The notes under the pieces were generated by a model. That model was not told the origin of the DNA and made no database searches. It saw nothing but the letters and a program-made list of their open reading frames with translations. Of a stretch of 64,000 bases of DNA, positions 1 to 14,200 are shown piece after piece (within the stretch, counting starts at the first letter, position 1; each line of letters begins with the position of its first letter). Position numbers and translations under genes: made by a program. Source of the stretch: Piromyces finnis finn. Lineage: Eukaryota; Fungi; Neocallimastigomycota. The DNA is taken from positions 357,780-421,779 of the forward strand of contig MCFH01000049.1 in NCBI GenBank assembly GCA_002104945.1, given 5' to 3'.

Positions 1-490
1 TGCTTTATTATACTCTTTTCGACTAATAGCCTATCAAAAAAAAAAAAAAAAATAGTAATAATGAATAAATGAATGTATATAAAGTTGGATATTATATTTA
101 TCAAAAAAAAAAAAAAAGTTAATTTCACATTTTGTAATAAAATTTAAGAATAAACTATTTTTTTTTAATAATAAATAAATTAAATATACTTTTCGTTATA
201 TATAATATATATAAATATTTTATAAATGTAACTGATAATAAAATAATTAAATAATTACAATTTGTGCTCTTGCTAATATACTCATTGGAGAATTTTGTTC
301 ATTCATTTTGACTATTTATATGTTCAACTACTTTTTATATATTTATATATTTATATATTTTTTACTTTTATATTTTCTATTTCTTTTCTACTTTATTTTT
401 AACAAAAAAAATAAAAAATAAAAAAATTTTAAATGTCTAAGTTTTACAAAAAAAAAAAAAAAGAAAAAAGTTTTTTTTGATTATTATTGT

Positions 491-560
<70 letters not shown>
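491..560. repeat. (TTAT)n microsatellite
   Basis: Uninterrupted TTAT tetramer run of about 70 bp. Confidence 0.85.
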
Positions 561-563
<3 letters not shown>

Positions 564-801
564 TATTAAATAAAAAAAAAAAAAGACCTATAAATGGTAT
601 AATAAAGACAACTAAAATCGATATAATAGATATTTATTTCTATATAAATGATTAAAATATTATAATATATATATAAAAAAAAAAACTTTTTTTCTTTATA
701 TCATATTTATAATATCTTATTACTTTTATTTACATGTATATAATCTGTTGTTTATATGTTACATTTATTTTTAAATATATTATTCATCTATTATTATTAT
801 G

Positions 802-835
<34 letters not shown>

Positions 836-1189
836 TTTATAATTAATAATTTAAAATTTTTATATTTTGCTTTGAGGTTTTTGTTTTTGGTGTTTTTTTT
901 TTATTTCGTTTGCTTGATTGATAATTTTGCTTATTTGCTTTATTTGATTTAAAAATTTTTAATAAATTATTATTGATAGTATAATAAGAAAATTTATAAT
1001 AATTACGTTTTATTATTACTATTATTATGTTTATTATCATTATCATGTTTATTACTATTATTACTATTATTATTATGTTTATTTATTCATTTATTTATTA
1101 TTTGATTTGGTAGATTATTGTTTTATATTTTTCATTCAGAAAAGTATGAATAATATAATAACGTATGTTTAAGGATTATGTAATTATTC

Positions 1190-4100
1190 TTATACGGAAT
1201 TAATAGATCGACTTTCAATAATTAAGTCAATATTATAGTTATAACTTTGAAGAAGGGCTTCAGCTTGTGCATAGTTATTATGTGTTCTTAGCATTACCCA
1301 TCTTATTTTTTCTTGATTTATCATAGTTTCAAGATATTTGTTACATGGTTCATAACAATGATTTTTAATCTGATAGAAAAATAATAAAATTCAATTAGAA
1401 TTTCATATTTCTATTATTATTATTTATTTCAATTTTTATATTTAAATTTATTTGTAGGATTAAATATAATTTACCTGTTGATATTTATTCAAATTCATCT
1501 TTTTAATGGATACTTTAAATGAACTACTAACTGGTCGATGATCAGATGCAGTACACTCATGTCTTTGATAATTTAATTGCTTAACTGAACCCCGGTATAA
1601 AATCTAGTTATAATTATATATATTATATGTAATATGATATAGTTAATATAAAACACCTACAACATAAAATATTTAATATATTATATTATTATTTACTCTA
1701 TCACACCACGATGGAATTCTTTGTTTTTCCGATGTATCATAATGATTAAATCCAATATCATATTTAAAGGTTGGTGGGAAATTAATTTTTCCTTCAGTTA
1801 AAGGATAGAGTGGAAAACCGGTATCCGTAGAATGAATATTATGGAATTGGTCCATCTTAATTAATTCATCATATCTTCCTTCATTAGCCATTTTGATAAT
1901 ATCATCTCTAGTTAAATTGTTAATTGGATCAATTCTATAATTCATATCACCTAATATATAGATAATTCAAATAAAAATCAGTATAACATCATTAAAAAAT
2001 AAAATATATCTATATATGCATTTTATTTATTCTTTATTAAAAATATTTATAAGTTATATAGTATACATACCAAACCAAAAGACATTTTCATAATCCATAA
2101 TTTGTGAACCATCACCACCATTAACATAACAACATGGTTTATCATGGGGCGGGAATTTTGTTTCATTCATTATAGTAACTACATCATTATTTCTGGCAAC
2201 AACTTGATCTTGATGAGCTGCCAAGTGAGTATTTATAATACAAAATGATGAATCATCAATTAACATTCTCAAAGCAATTGAACCCTAAATATACGATTAT
2301 TTTCAAAATATATATATATGATATATATTGAAATAAAATAAAATTAATAATCATTCATAAATATTTTTTTTATCATTTATGCATGAAGTAAAATTGACAG
2401 TAGATAATTAATTATTTCAATAAATTTCTATTTAATACCTTATTTCCATGATAACCCTTAAGACCAGTTTCTACTGTATCAACATGGATGCATGATATAT
2501 GTTCTGTTAAAGTTGGTTTAACAAAAACAGTTAAGAAAAGACCTACCATTTGAGTACAACTGATATTTACGTATCTTTCATTTTGAGAATTTAATAAATT
2601 ACTAGTAATGGCATCCACCCAAATTTGTTGTCTATTATCTAATTTTTCCTTTTTGCTCTTCTTTTTTGCCTTCTTAAAGAATGATTCTTAAAAAGAAAAA
2701 AAAAAAAAAAAAATTATATATATAATTTTAAACGTTAATATCATTCAAAACTTTAATATTACTAAAAAAATTTATAAATATTAAACTTACTTGCATTAAC
2801 CGCTTTGCTATTGATCGATAAAATTTTATATTCAAGTTAATAATCTATAGTATATAACATTATAAATATATATGTGTAATATCTTATTGAAACTTAATTT
2901 TTACCTTTCAAGGTCTACGATTTCTTGTAAACCGACTATAATAATATCTGGGGAATTAATAACTCTGAACCAATTATTAAAGAATTGTCTATTAAAGTCG
3001 TCTGATAGTAATTCTTGTGGTTTGGTAGAATCACAATTATAAGTGGTAACAAATACTGAAAGATCTGTTCTTTCTGAATAATAAGATTCTTGATCTTTAA
3101 TTAAATTATCTTATATAAAATAAAAGGATACAAATATTATGTAATCATTCAATGATTAATACAATATATTAAAATAATAATAGTATTATTATTTAAAAGT
3201 TTAAAAAAAACTTACTAATATAATCTTCAGATAAAAAGGCATCCCAAAAATGAACATCGCCATCTTCCGATAAACTAGCAACAACAGAAAGTGATGAGTT
3301 TGCAATAGAAGTGTATGGAGGAACTAATGCATAGGGATAAAATTGGTCACGAGTTAATTGAACAACACCTGAATGGAAATGAGCCTCAAAATCTTTAATT
3401 TTCCTCCATGGTTTTACCGAAGAATCAAAAACACATATTTTACCTGTAGATAATCCAACCCAAACATGCTTATCATTTACTGTAAGAATAGATGTAATTT
3501 TATAATATGACACACTAAAGGATTCCTTAGCTACAATATTTTCTGTATCCCATATTGTAATTTTTCCATCATCATGACCAGTATAAATTTCTTTACTATT
3601 TAATCCTGCTTCCGCAATGCAAGTTATTTTTCCCATCAATACCTTTAAATTAATAGTTTTTTTATTTGCAAAATGTGGGCATGGACCTAAAGCTGTAATT
3701 GATTTTTCGCTACACAACCATAATTTATCATCTAAAACATAAGCATGTTCAATTTCAGGTATATCGCTAAGATTATATTCAATAGTTGGTTGATGGCTTA
3801 AAGAAAAATCGTTAGTTGTATCATGTCTAGTCCAAATGGCAACATTTTTTTCAGTTACAGCCCATATTTTATCATTCCTGTAAAATATACCAATAACTGG
3901 ATAGGATGATAATATGTGTGTTTGATTAATTCGCGAAGTATTAACATCAATTTCATAGATAACACCTTTATCACAGCCTACCCAAACAACATTGCCTTCA
4001 TCAACTAAATAATGACCCGGAACAAGTAAAATACTAGTAATTCTAATCTTTTCATCTATTGCCACCATATTACTAGGCATTCCTGTCTTTGTATTATATA

Positions 4101-4365
4101 CTGAAAGATTTGAGCTACCAGAAAATAGATATTGACTACAAAATGTAATATATTTTGAATGATGTTTTGACGATAATTCAATTTTACTATAGCCATCAGC
4201 ATATGGTGTAGCTCTATTAGCTTTTGATGCGTCAACATTAATAACAGCACGCCTTGAATTTATTTTATCACCTAAACTATTTACTGTTGGGATAGCATTA
4301 TTAAGATGAATATTATCAATTTGAATTTGATTATGAAGATTAGGACGTTCGGGAATTGGTGGAGG

Positions 4366-4400
<35 letters not shown>

Positions 4401-5490
4401 GAGTTTGTATAACTGAATATTTTGTGTTAGAATTTTTTAATCTGGAAGCTGGTGACGGCTCTAATAATGGCATCTGTACATTTTGACGATATGAATTAGA
4501 TACCCCTGAGACGGTAGATGCTTTTGGTATTGGAGCAGGCCTTGTTGATTGTAAGGAATAATTATAATTTGGTTGGATACTTTCTGGGGATAAAGTGTAT
4601 GTTGGTGCAATAGGATTTTCATTAATATGATTTGATTCCAATGAATATTCCGATGACTTTTGATAAGTAGTATACATTGTTGAAGCTTTTTCTTTATTCA
4701 TAATACTAGCTCTAACAGATAATCTCTTATTTTCCTGATTATTATTTATTCTATTATTAATTAACGGAGTTGTTCCTGTTCCTAACTCGCCATTTGCATC
4801 GGGTGATGGTGTTGTATCGATTGGGGAAAATGGATTTACTAATGTTTCATTAGTTTTTGGAACGTTCAAATGGAGCTTCTTAAAATCATTAGATAAGCCT
4901 ACTGTTTGAGGAACTGTTTCATTATACTGTTTATTTGGATTATTTGAGATTGTAGAAGCATTCATTGTTGAAGGATTAGCAACAGATGATGTAATACGAG
5001 GTGAAGATCTGAATGCTAATGGTTTAGTTGGTACCAATGGAGATGGTGGTTTATTTAAAAAAACTTTTTTATCATTAGGATCTAAATATCTATTTGTATT
5101 TGGACTTTCTTCTGAGGGAGAAGGGGTTATTTTATTCGAGTCAGAAAATGGATTATCTAGAGCTGTTTGTTTATTCATTAAATTTTTTGTGTATATCGAA
5201 GTAACACTATTTTTATTTGTATTATTTAAAAAACTAGTTTTTTTATTTGTTTCATTGTATGGATTAGACTGTTGTTGTTGCTCAAAAAAAGTTTGACTAT
5301 GTCTTATTTTTGGTGATAATGGTGTAGTTCTAATTGGCGGCTTTAAAGTAGGTGACTTTAACACATTATTTTGTTTAGCTTGCTGTTCAAAGAAATTTGA
5401 ACGTTCTTTTATCGAACAATAGTTGATTGATGTATTAGTAGAATGACAATCTGAAAATGGATTACTTGGCGAATCTGGTTCTTGACTCAT
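1190..5490 (-). CDS. Inositol polyphosphate 5-phosphatase with low-complexity N-terminus and WD40-like beta-propeller (about 8 exons)
   Basis: Exon 1 (3216-5490) encodes an S/P/N/Q-rich region then WD-like repeats (GHDDGKITIWD, GDVHFWDA). Later exons spliced at GT-AG give 5-phosphatase motifs VTTYN, VGLQEIVDL, QMVGLFL, NTHLAA, FWFGDMNYRI, PPTFKYD, RIPSWCDRILY and SDHRPV. Stop TAA at 1190-1192. Confidence 0.9.
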
Positions 5491-7301
5491 TATAAATGAT
5501 AATAATTCTTTATAAAAATTATTTTAAATTTTATAATTTATTCTTATTAAATTTAATTTCTTTATAATAATAAGTATATGTATATTTATATTATATGTAT
5601 TTTATATAATTATCAATCATACATATAACAAAACTTTTAGTATTGAAAAGAGATATTCGTAATGATTATTACTTCTGTTGTGAATATATATGAATGTATA
5701 ATATATATGTTAAAAATGGATATATTATTAAAATAAATAAGTAAATAAATAAAATATGTTTATATAATTAAATTAAATATTTCTTTAATTTTCATTTACA
5801 TTAATTATCTATACTTTGATAAAATAATAGGGAAATCTTGATATTTTGGTCGACTATAAACAGAATTGGAATATATTGATGAATAACAGTGATATATCTA
5901 ATTTGTTATTAGAATTCTTTTACGAATTTGATTTATATGTTTAATAGTAAAAAATAAATGAAGATAAAAAGACTTTCTTTTCTTAAAATAAATATTTATT
6001 TAAAAAATAAAGGTTGTTTTCTTTTTTATTATTTTTTTTTCTTTTTGTATATCTTTATTAATATCTTTTCCTTATTTTCTTTTTCTTTTTTTAAAAAAAA
6101 AAAAAGAAAAAACAGTAGTTTAGGCTAATTTGAAATTACATATATAAAATAAAAGTTGTTTTTTTTTTATATTATTTTTTTTTCCTTTTTTATATTTAAT
6201 AATTATTTATTTATATATAAAAAATTATTTAATAATAATTGATTCAATAAATAATTAATAATAGAAAAAATGCCTGGCTTGTGGCCTGCTTTTCACACAC
6301 CTAATTTGTTTGTACAAAAATAATTTAAATAATCTTTCTTTTAATATTAATTTAATATAATAATTATATATTATAATATATGATTCTTTATGACTTTAGA
6401 TTTACCGTTCTAATATTTTAATATATTAATCATTTAATATTTAAAAAAACTGTCATTTATTTGTAAAGAAAAATATATATTTATTTAAAAAAAAACTTGG
6501 CATGGTAAAGAAAAAAGGAAATAGTATGAATGAAGGATAATAAAAAAAAAAAAAAGATATTATATATAATACTTGATAATTCTTATTATATAAAAAGGAA
6601 TCAATATTGAAATCGAAATATATTCAAAAAAAAAAAAAAGGTTTATTTTCTTATTAATAAAATCTTGTGGAAGTGTTATCTTCCATTACCATTTCATTGC
6701 TTATAAATAATATGATTTATATAAAAAAAAAATAGTTTTTAGAAAAGTAATAATATTATATTCTTTTGAACTTTAAATTCTTTAACTATTTTCAATAATT
6801 AATAACTATAAATACATTTAATATATAAAAATTAAAAAAAAAAAAACTAGCTAAAGATAAAGAGTTATAATGAGAAGAAGAAAAAGGTTATATTTGATTA
6901 ATAAAATTTATATTATTATATACAATAGGGTTAGATTATTTAATTCTATTTGAATTGTGAAATATATTTAATAATTTTATTAACAAGGTTAACAAAAAGA
7001 GAAAAAGATTGCATTGAAAATAAAACAGTTACAGAATGAGATGTGGGTCTATACAAACCATAAGGAATAACAAACTCTAAAACACGTAGAAATTACATTT
7101 ACAGCACTTTTATCTATTTGTGTTTTTATTTATAATTTTTACCACGTGTGTTACATATATATATTGAATAAATGAATAAAAATATGTATTCTTATATCAA
7201 ACTAAGATTAACTATCATCCATTAATTTGATTCCAAAAATAAAATTATATTGTTATGATTAATTAAAAAAAAAAAAAGTTAATAAATAAATATATATAAT
7301 A

Positions 7302-7340
<39 letters not shown>

Positions 7341-8200
7341 TTTTTTTTTTTTTTTTAAATTCAAAAATAATAATAAAGAAATTAATTTCTTTATAAATTT
7401 ACATTATATTATTATATATAATAGCAGAAATTTATTAACAGAAATTCAATAGGTAAAGAATTATAAATATATATACATTAAAAAGATATATTTAAATAAT
7501 ATAAATAGTTTTTAGTGTTGTTGATGCCTTTTTTTAAATAAGGATTTAAATTGAGAAATTCGGATTTCATTTTTATTGATGAAATTGTAATTTTAAAATA
7601 ATTTTTTAAAAAGTGTTATATAATTATCAAAATATTTTTATTTGTTAACTATATAATATTTTATTATTATTATTATTTCAATGAAGATAATAAAAAATAA
7701 TTATTAAAAGTAATTTAATCTAAATATACCTTTAAAAATCAAATTATAATTTCAGTTCAATCAATTGACATTTCAAATTTATATCTTTGTAATTCTTAAA
7801 ATACGCTTTATTTTATTTATTTACTTATATATTATTACTTATATATAATGCATGAATAACCTTAAACATTAACCTATCTATATATTTTATTTTATTTCTA
7901 TTTAAATATTGAAATTGAAACACACCACTACAATAATTACAATAATAACAAAATTAAAAATATAAAAAATAAAATTTCAAACTTTTTATTCTAGAAAAAA
8001 TAAATAAATAAATAAATTAACATTAATATTAAGAATAACATTCATAAAATTAATAAAGTTAATATAAAAATAATAAAATAAAAACTTAAATTATTTGATG
8101 AATGAACAATTATATTGACTTCTTATTTAGTAATAAAACATATTTTACTTTACTTTCTATTATTATTACTTCCTGCATTGTAAAATTAATAAGAATCAGA

Positions 8201-9755
8201 ATGAGTTTAGAAGCTGCTGGAGAAGAAAACATTATTGAAGAAAAAAAATATACATCTATTGATGAAGTACCAAAAGAAGATATAGAAAAGGCAGAAAAAG
8301 TAAAAGCTGAAGCTAATGTTTTATTCAAAAATAAAAGCTACGATAAAGCTATAGAAAAATATTCTGAAGCAATTAAATTAAATCCTTTTGCTCCAGTTTA
8401 TTATTCAAATCGTGCATTTGCACACATTAAAGAAGAATCATATGGTTACGCCTTAGCTGATGCTAATAAGGTAAAAAAAAAAAAAAAATTTATATATATA
8501 TACATATAAACAAAAAGTTTAAAATAAATTCATAAGTTTTGCTTATAGAATAATTTAAAATAAAATAATAGTATATACTAAATCTTTTTTTTTTTTATTA
8601 AAAATTTCATTTTGGTATATTCAATCAATATATTTTTATTTAATATTAATTAGTGTATTGAATTAGATTCAAAATTTATAAAGGGTTATTATCGTCGTGC
8701 CATTGCTCATATGGCATTATTAAATTTAAAAGATGCTTTAAAAGATTTACGTGCAGTATGTAAAGCAGCTCCAAATGATATAGATGCTAGAAAACAATTA
8801 AAGGCTTGTGAAAAAGAATATAGATTAAGAGAATTTGAAAAGGCTATTAAGGTAGATACAGATGTTAAAACAATTGAACAAATTTTAGGTAATCCAGATG
8901 ATATTGTTGTACCAGATTCCTATGATGGTCCAAGATATGATAATGAAATTACTGAAGATTACATTAATCAATTACTTGAATATCAAAAAGAACAAAAAAC
9001 TATTCATAAGAAATATGTATACAAAACTGTTATTAATGCTAGAAAACACTTTGAAAAGAAAGAAAGTTTAGTAAATATTACTATACCAGAAAATGGTAGA
9101 ATTACCGTTTGTGGTGATGTTCACGGTCAATATTATGATTTATTACATATCTTTGAGGTAATCTATTAAATGCTATATAAAACTATACAGTTGTAGTAAT
9201 AATTATAGAATTTTTAATATCCAAAATTTTCAAATATAATATTAAAACTGGAAAATGCATATGTATTATATATCTCTACAGGTTAATGGAAAACCATCAC
9301 CTACTAATTTATATTTATTCAACGGTAAATATTTACACGCACGTATATATATAATGTATATAGAATGTATAGTTAATATTATCATATTTATAATAGGTGA
9401 TTTTGTTGATCGTGGTTCCTTCTCTCTTGAAGTTATAATGCTTTTACTTTCATATGTATTATTATATCCAGATTGTTTCTTCCTCAATCGTGGTAATCAT
9501 GAAACTATCGATATGAATAAGGTAAATATATCAATTATCGAAAATAATAATAAAATAATAATAATAATAATTAATCATAAAATTATATATATTAAAAGGT
9601 TTATGGTTTCGAAGGTGAATGTACTTCCAAGTTTACTGAAAACTTATTTAAGGGATTTATTGAATTATTCAACTCATTGCCATTAGCTTACACCATTGAA
9701 AATAAGATCTTTGTTGTTCACGGTGGTCTCTCTGAAGATGGTGTTACCCTAGGTA

Positions 9756-9807
<52 letters not shown>

Positions 9808-10537
9808 CCTATAATATATATATAGCATTTAGGGCTTTGTATTCTTATTCTATATATATACATAATTGTTGTATTGATAAAAAAATTATTTATAATAAAA
9901 CATTATAATAGATGATATTAGAAAGATTGATCGTTTCAGACAACCAGGTCAAGGTGGTTTAATGTCTGATTTATTATGGACTGATCCACAACCAGCTAAG
10001 GGACGTGGTCCAAGTAAACGTGGTGTTGGTTTCCAGTAAGTATTTTTTTTTTTTTTTTTTATCATAAAATTTATATAATAAATATTATTTATTTATTTAT
10101 TTATTCAAAAATAATTTTATTGTATTATAGATTTGGACCAGATGTTACTGAAAATTTCTTAAAGAGAAATAATTTAGACTTATTAATTCGTTCCCACGAA
10201 GTTAAACAAGATGGTTATGAAATCGCACATGATGGTAAATGTGTTACTGTATTTAGTGCACCAAATTATTGTGATCAAGTAAGTATAAATAAAAATTTAT
10301 AAAGTTATTTAAAATATATTTTTATATATTTCAATATAATGAATGTAATTTGTATATAACATATCCATAAAAATTATAATAATTTTCTTTTTTCTTTTAA
10401 AAAAAAAAAAGATGGGTAATCTTGGTGCTTTTATCAACTTTGATAAATCATTACAACCAAAGTATAATACTTTCAAGGCTTCAGATCATCCAACCATTCC
10501 AGCAATGAAATATGCCAAGTCATTCTTTGGATTTTAA
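8201..10537 (+). CDS. PPT1: Serine/threonine protein phosphatase 5 (TPR + PPP catalytic domain), 8 exons
   Basis: TPR repeats ([31 protein letters not shown]) and PPP motifs [41 protein letters not shown]. Exons approx. 8201-8470, 8654-9157, 9282-9324, 9397-9521, 9599-9752, 9912-10035, 10131-10278, 10412-10537. An in-frame upstream ATG at 8102 is possible. Confidence 0.95.
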
Positions 10538-10923
10538 TAATAAAAATTCAATATAATTTTTATTTTATTTTTTTTTTTTTTTTTTTTTTTTTCTTTACTT
10601 TATAAAATATGATAAAGTAAGGATATAAGAGTAATCGTCGCATTGTTAAATTGAATATAGTTTTATTTAATGAATATTTATTACAAAAAAAAAAAAAAAA
10701 AAAAAAAAAGACATAAATACATCAACAGAAATTGTTTTATCAACAAATATTTGCAATTAATAAAATAAAATAAAAAAATATTAAATCAGTTTTTTTTTTT
10801 TTTTTTAACGGTAGTAAATTATTTTGAAAATTATTATTTTAATTTCCAAGAAGAAAATAAAATAAAAAAAAAAAAAGTAAAATAGGTTGAATAATGGTGT
10901 AGTTTGAATTTTAATGGGAATGC

Positions 10924-10966
<43 letters not shown>

Positions 10967-11204
10967 GGCATCAAATATTTTAAACTTTATTATTAATTTA
11001 ATTAAAATTATAATACATGTAATAAAAAATTAAAAAATAAAAATAAAAATAAAAAAAAATATGTTTAAATAAACACAAATGAATAAAAATTGGGTATAAT
11101 GTATTCTAGTAATTTTAATTAAAGTAAGAAAGCCACTATCATACTAAAGTATAATAATTGTATTTGACTTCCAATGGGACACCGAGCCAAAGATCAAAAT
11201 TTTG

Positions 11205-14200
11205 TCATGGAACAAAATTATGATCTCCATTGGTTGCGCTGGCCCTCCTGGCCTGTCTTACTGTTTCTTCAGCATTGACGCTCTTGGATGTTGCTTCAAA
11301 CCTTTTGAACATTGTCCATTGCTGGCCAATAGCAAAAGGCATGATTTTGGTTAGAAGTTCCGCGGTTACCGTCAAGAATGGTGTTCCTTCGTTAGTATCA
11401 GATTGAATCTGACGCTTACAAAGTTCTTTCCATTCCCTTGAATTGTAATTAATATTGTTAAAACTTCTTCCCCCAAGAAGGAATTTAAATATTTTACTGT
11501 ACACACTAGAATAATCATACACATTAATATTCACCGGATTATTAGAACTATTACTATCATTAACTAAATTACTATCTAAATTAGAATTATTATCTTCACT
11601 ATTGCTATCATTACTAATATTATTATTTCTATTATTGTTATTATTACTATTGTTACTATTACTATTGTTACTATTACTATTGTTATTACTACTATTGTTA
11701 CTATTACTATTAATGTTATTACTATCTCTACTGATATTAACATTTTCATTATTATTGATAGGACTATTGGAATTACGTTGACTGAAAAAATTTAATAGCT
11801 GAACTATGGAATCATAATGTTTAATACGGATATCTCTAAATGTTGGACAATCTAATAACCAATGTTTAATACTTTGAACACCACACTTGCAACATGGACA
11901 GTAGTTAGGACAAACTGGATCAACAAATTTGGCAGCTTTGGCAACTCTAGCATCCAACTTGTATCCGCTTCTTGCTTTCAATAGCCAGTAGAAGCCATAG
12001 GCAAACTCTGGGTATTCATAACATAATTTAATAAAATCTTTAGTTTCAATAAATTTATTATCATCATAATATTGCGCTTTGATTGAATTCCCTTTGAGAT
12101 CTTTCCAATAAAAGTTTTTAACTGCTTTAACATCTCCATGTTTCTTTAGTTTTTTATCAAGTGTCCTACTTGATTTGCACCACGTGTATTTTCTAAATTT
12201 AGGAATGTAATTGACAAGGTGTGAGATAATACAATTTGAGTTTTTCCATTTGTTAAAACATCTAACCTGAGCTAACGCACATTTGGCTGACAATGGAGGA
12301 ATATTCAAATCTTTTGAGATAGAGTATAAAGATATAAACGATACAGCTTTATGAACTCCGGCAACCCATCGTATTCCTTTGTTAACATGCTTCTGAGCAA
12401 TTCTAGACCTAGCTTTGTTGGATCCAAGTAATGGTGCAAAGTATGAAACTCTGCTGATTACTTGTGAGTTAAGTACTAGTTTTTTGAAAGGAATAGGAAT
12501 ATTAGGATTTCTTAAGAATTTACTGACTGAGAAAAGTCCTTTCAAAACCTTGTTATTAAGAGCTTTAATTACTGGTTTAAGGGACAGATTCTTATCAAAT
12601 GGAACACCAAGATAAGTATAGCAATCAGTAGTTGGAATGGGTTGTCCTGCTAAGTAAAATGTTGGATCTCTCTTGTTCTGATTTTCTATTGATTCAGGAC
12701 GAATCACCATCGTTGAACATTTCTGGATACCAAATTCCATTTCATTATACAGTGCCCATTCATTAACTCTTCTAAGCATCTTTTTTAAGCATCCTCTTGT
12801 TGGAGCACAAATAACTATATCATCTGCAAAAAGTCCACCACAGCATCGAGTGTCACCTAAACTGACTCCTAGATCTTCGCACTCTCTAAATATATCATTA
12901 ATAAAGAGATTAAAGAGAATAGGAGAAAGAGGGCATCCTTGACGGACTCCTTTCTTCACATCAAAAGATTTCGAGAATTGTCCATCTAATTTGACATTAG
13001 CCTTAGATGTTAAATATAAATTTTTGATAAATTGTAGACTCTTACCTCGGATTCCTAAACAATCTAATTTATGGAGAATATTACCGATTGGGACTGAATC
13101 GTATGCTTTCCTGAGATCTAAAAAGGCCAAATATGTCTCTGTATTATCTAATTGACGTCTACGGCATATTTCTTGGATTGAAATGAAAAGACTAATACTT
13201 TCTTCCTTTTTTCGAAAACCAAATTGTTCAGGTCTAATGAAATTATTCTTTAGACCATATTCTGAGATTCTAGTGGTGACAATTTTGGAAATCAACTTAA
13301 TACCATTATTGATAAGTGATATACCTCGATAGTTATCACAATCTGTCAAATCTCCCTTCTTAGGAATAGAAACAATACTGGATTCATTCCATGAGTTGGG
13401 GAAATCTCCATCCCAAATACGGTTGAATAATTTAAGAATAAAATTTAAACCATGAGCATCATTATCTGAAGTAGTATTACCAGAAGAATTATTATCTGTA
13501 GCATTATTAGAATCATTACTTGATGGAACTAATGCTTTGTAAAATTCAATTGGAATACCATCCGGACCTGATGCTTTATAATTTGGAGTAGTGAGGATAG
13601 CTGACTTGACTTCATCAATACTAATATCTTGGTTGATATCCCACTCATCAAGCATAGGAAGTGAAAAACGTTTATTCGTTGGTTCTTCATACCAATGCTC
13701 CAAATCAAGACTTACACCATTTGGGTCTGATGCAAGATTTTCGAAATGATCATGCCACACATCTAGTTGTTCTTCTGTAGCAACAACTAATTCTCCATTT
13801 TTATTTTTAATTGGTTGAGCAATAAAGAAAGAATCTTTTCCAATTTTTGCAGTTTTCTTGATCCATTTCCAGGCCTTCTTAGGATTATGACTCTTCATAT
13901 ACTCACATCCTGTTTTAATCCAATGAAGATATTCTTGCTTCCTAAATTCATTACATCTTTTGTGGATGTAATCAATGAGTTTACGGTAGATTTTAATTCT
14001 TTTAATAAATTCATCTATATCATAAATTCTTTCTTTTTTAAATCTCTTATACAACTTCATTTTGATTTTTTGAAGATTAAAAATTTGTTGTGAAATATGA
14101 AATGAAGACTTTATAACATTATTTGCTGAGGTAATACTGAGCTCGTCTGCAATTGAAAAAGCAGTTGAAGTAAACTCTTTGGAAAGTTCATCTGTAGAAA

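Noticed and set aside
734-1046. Short hydrophobic or Lys-rich ORFs here and at 24141, 35962, 37236, 57392, 61022, 61512 and 62984
   Set aside because: They are low-complexity AT-rich or homopolymer translations with no domain signal.
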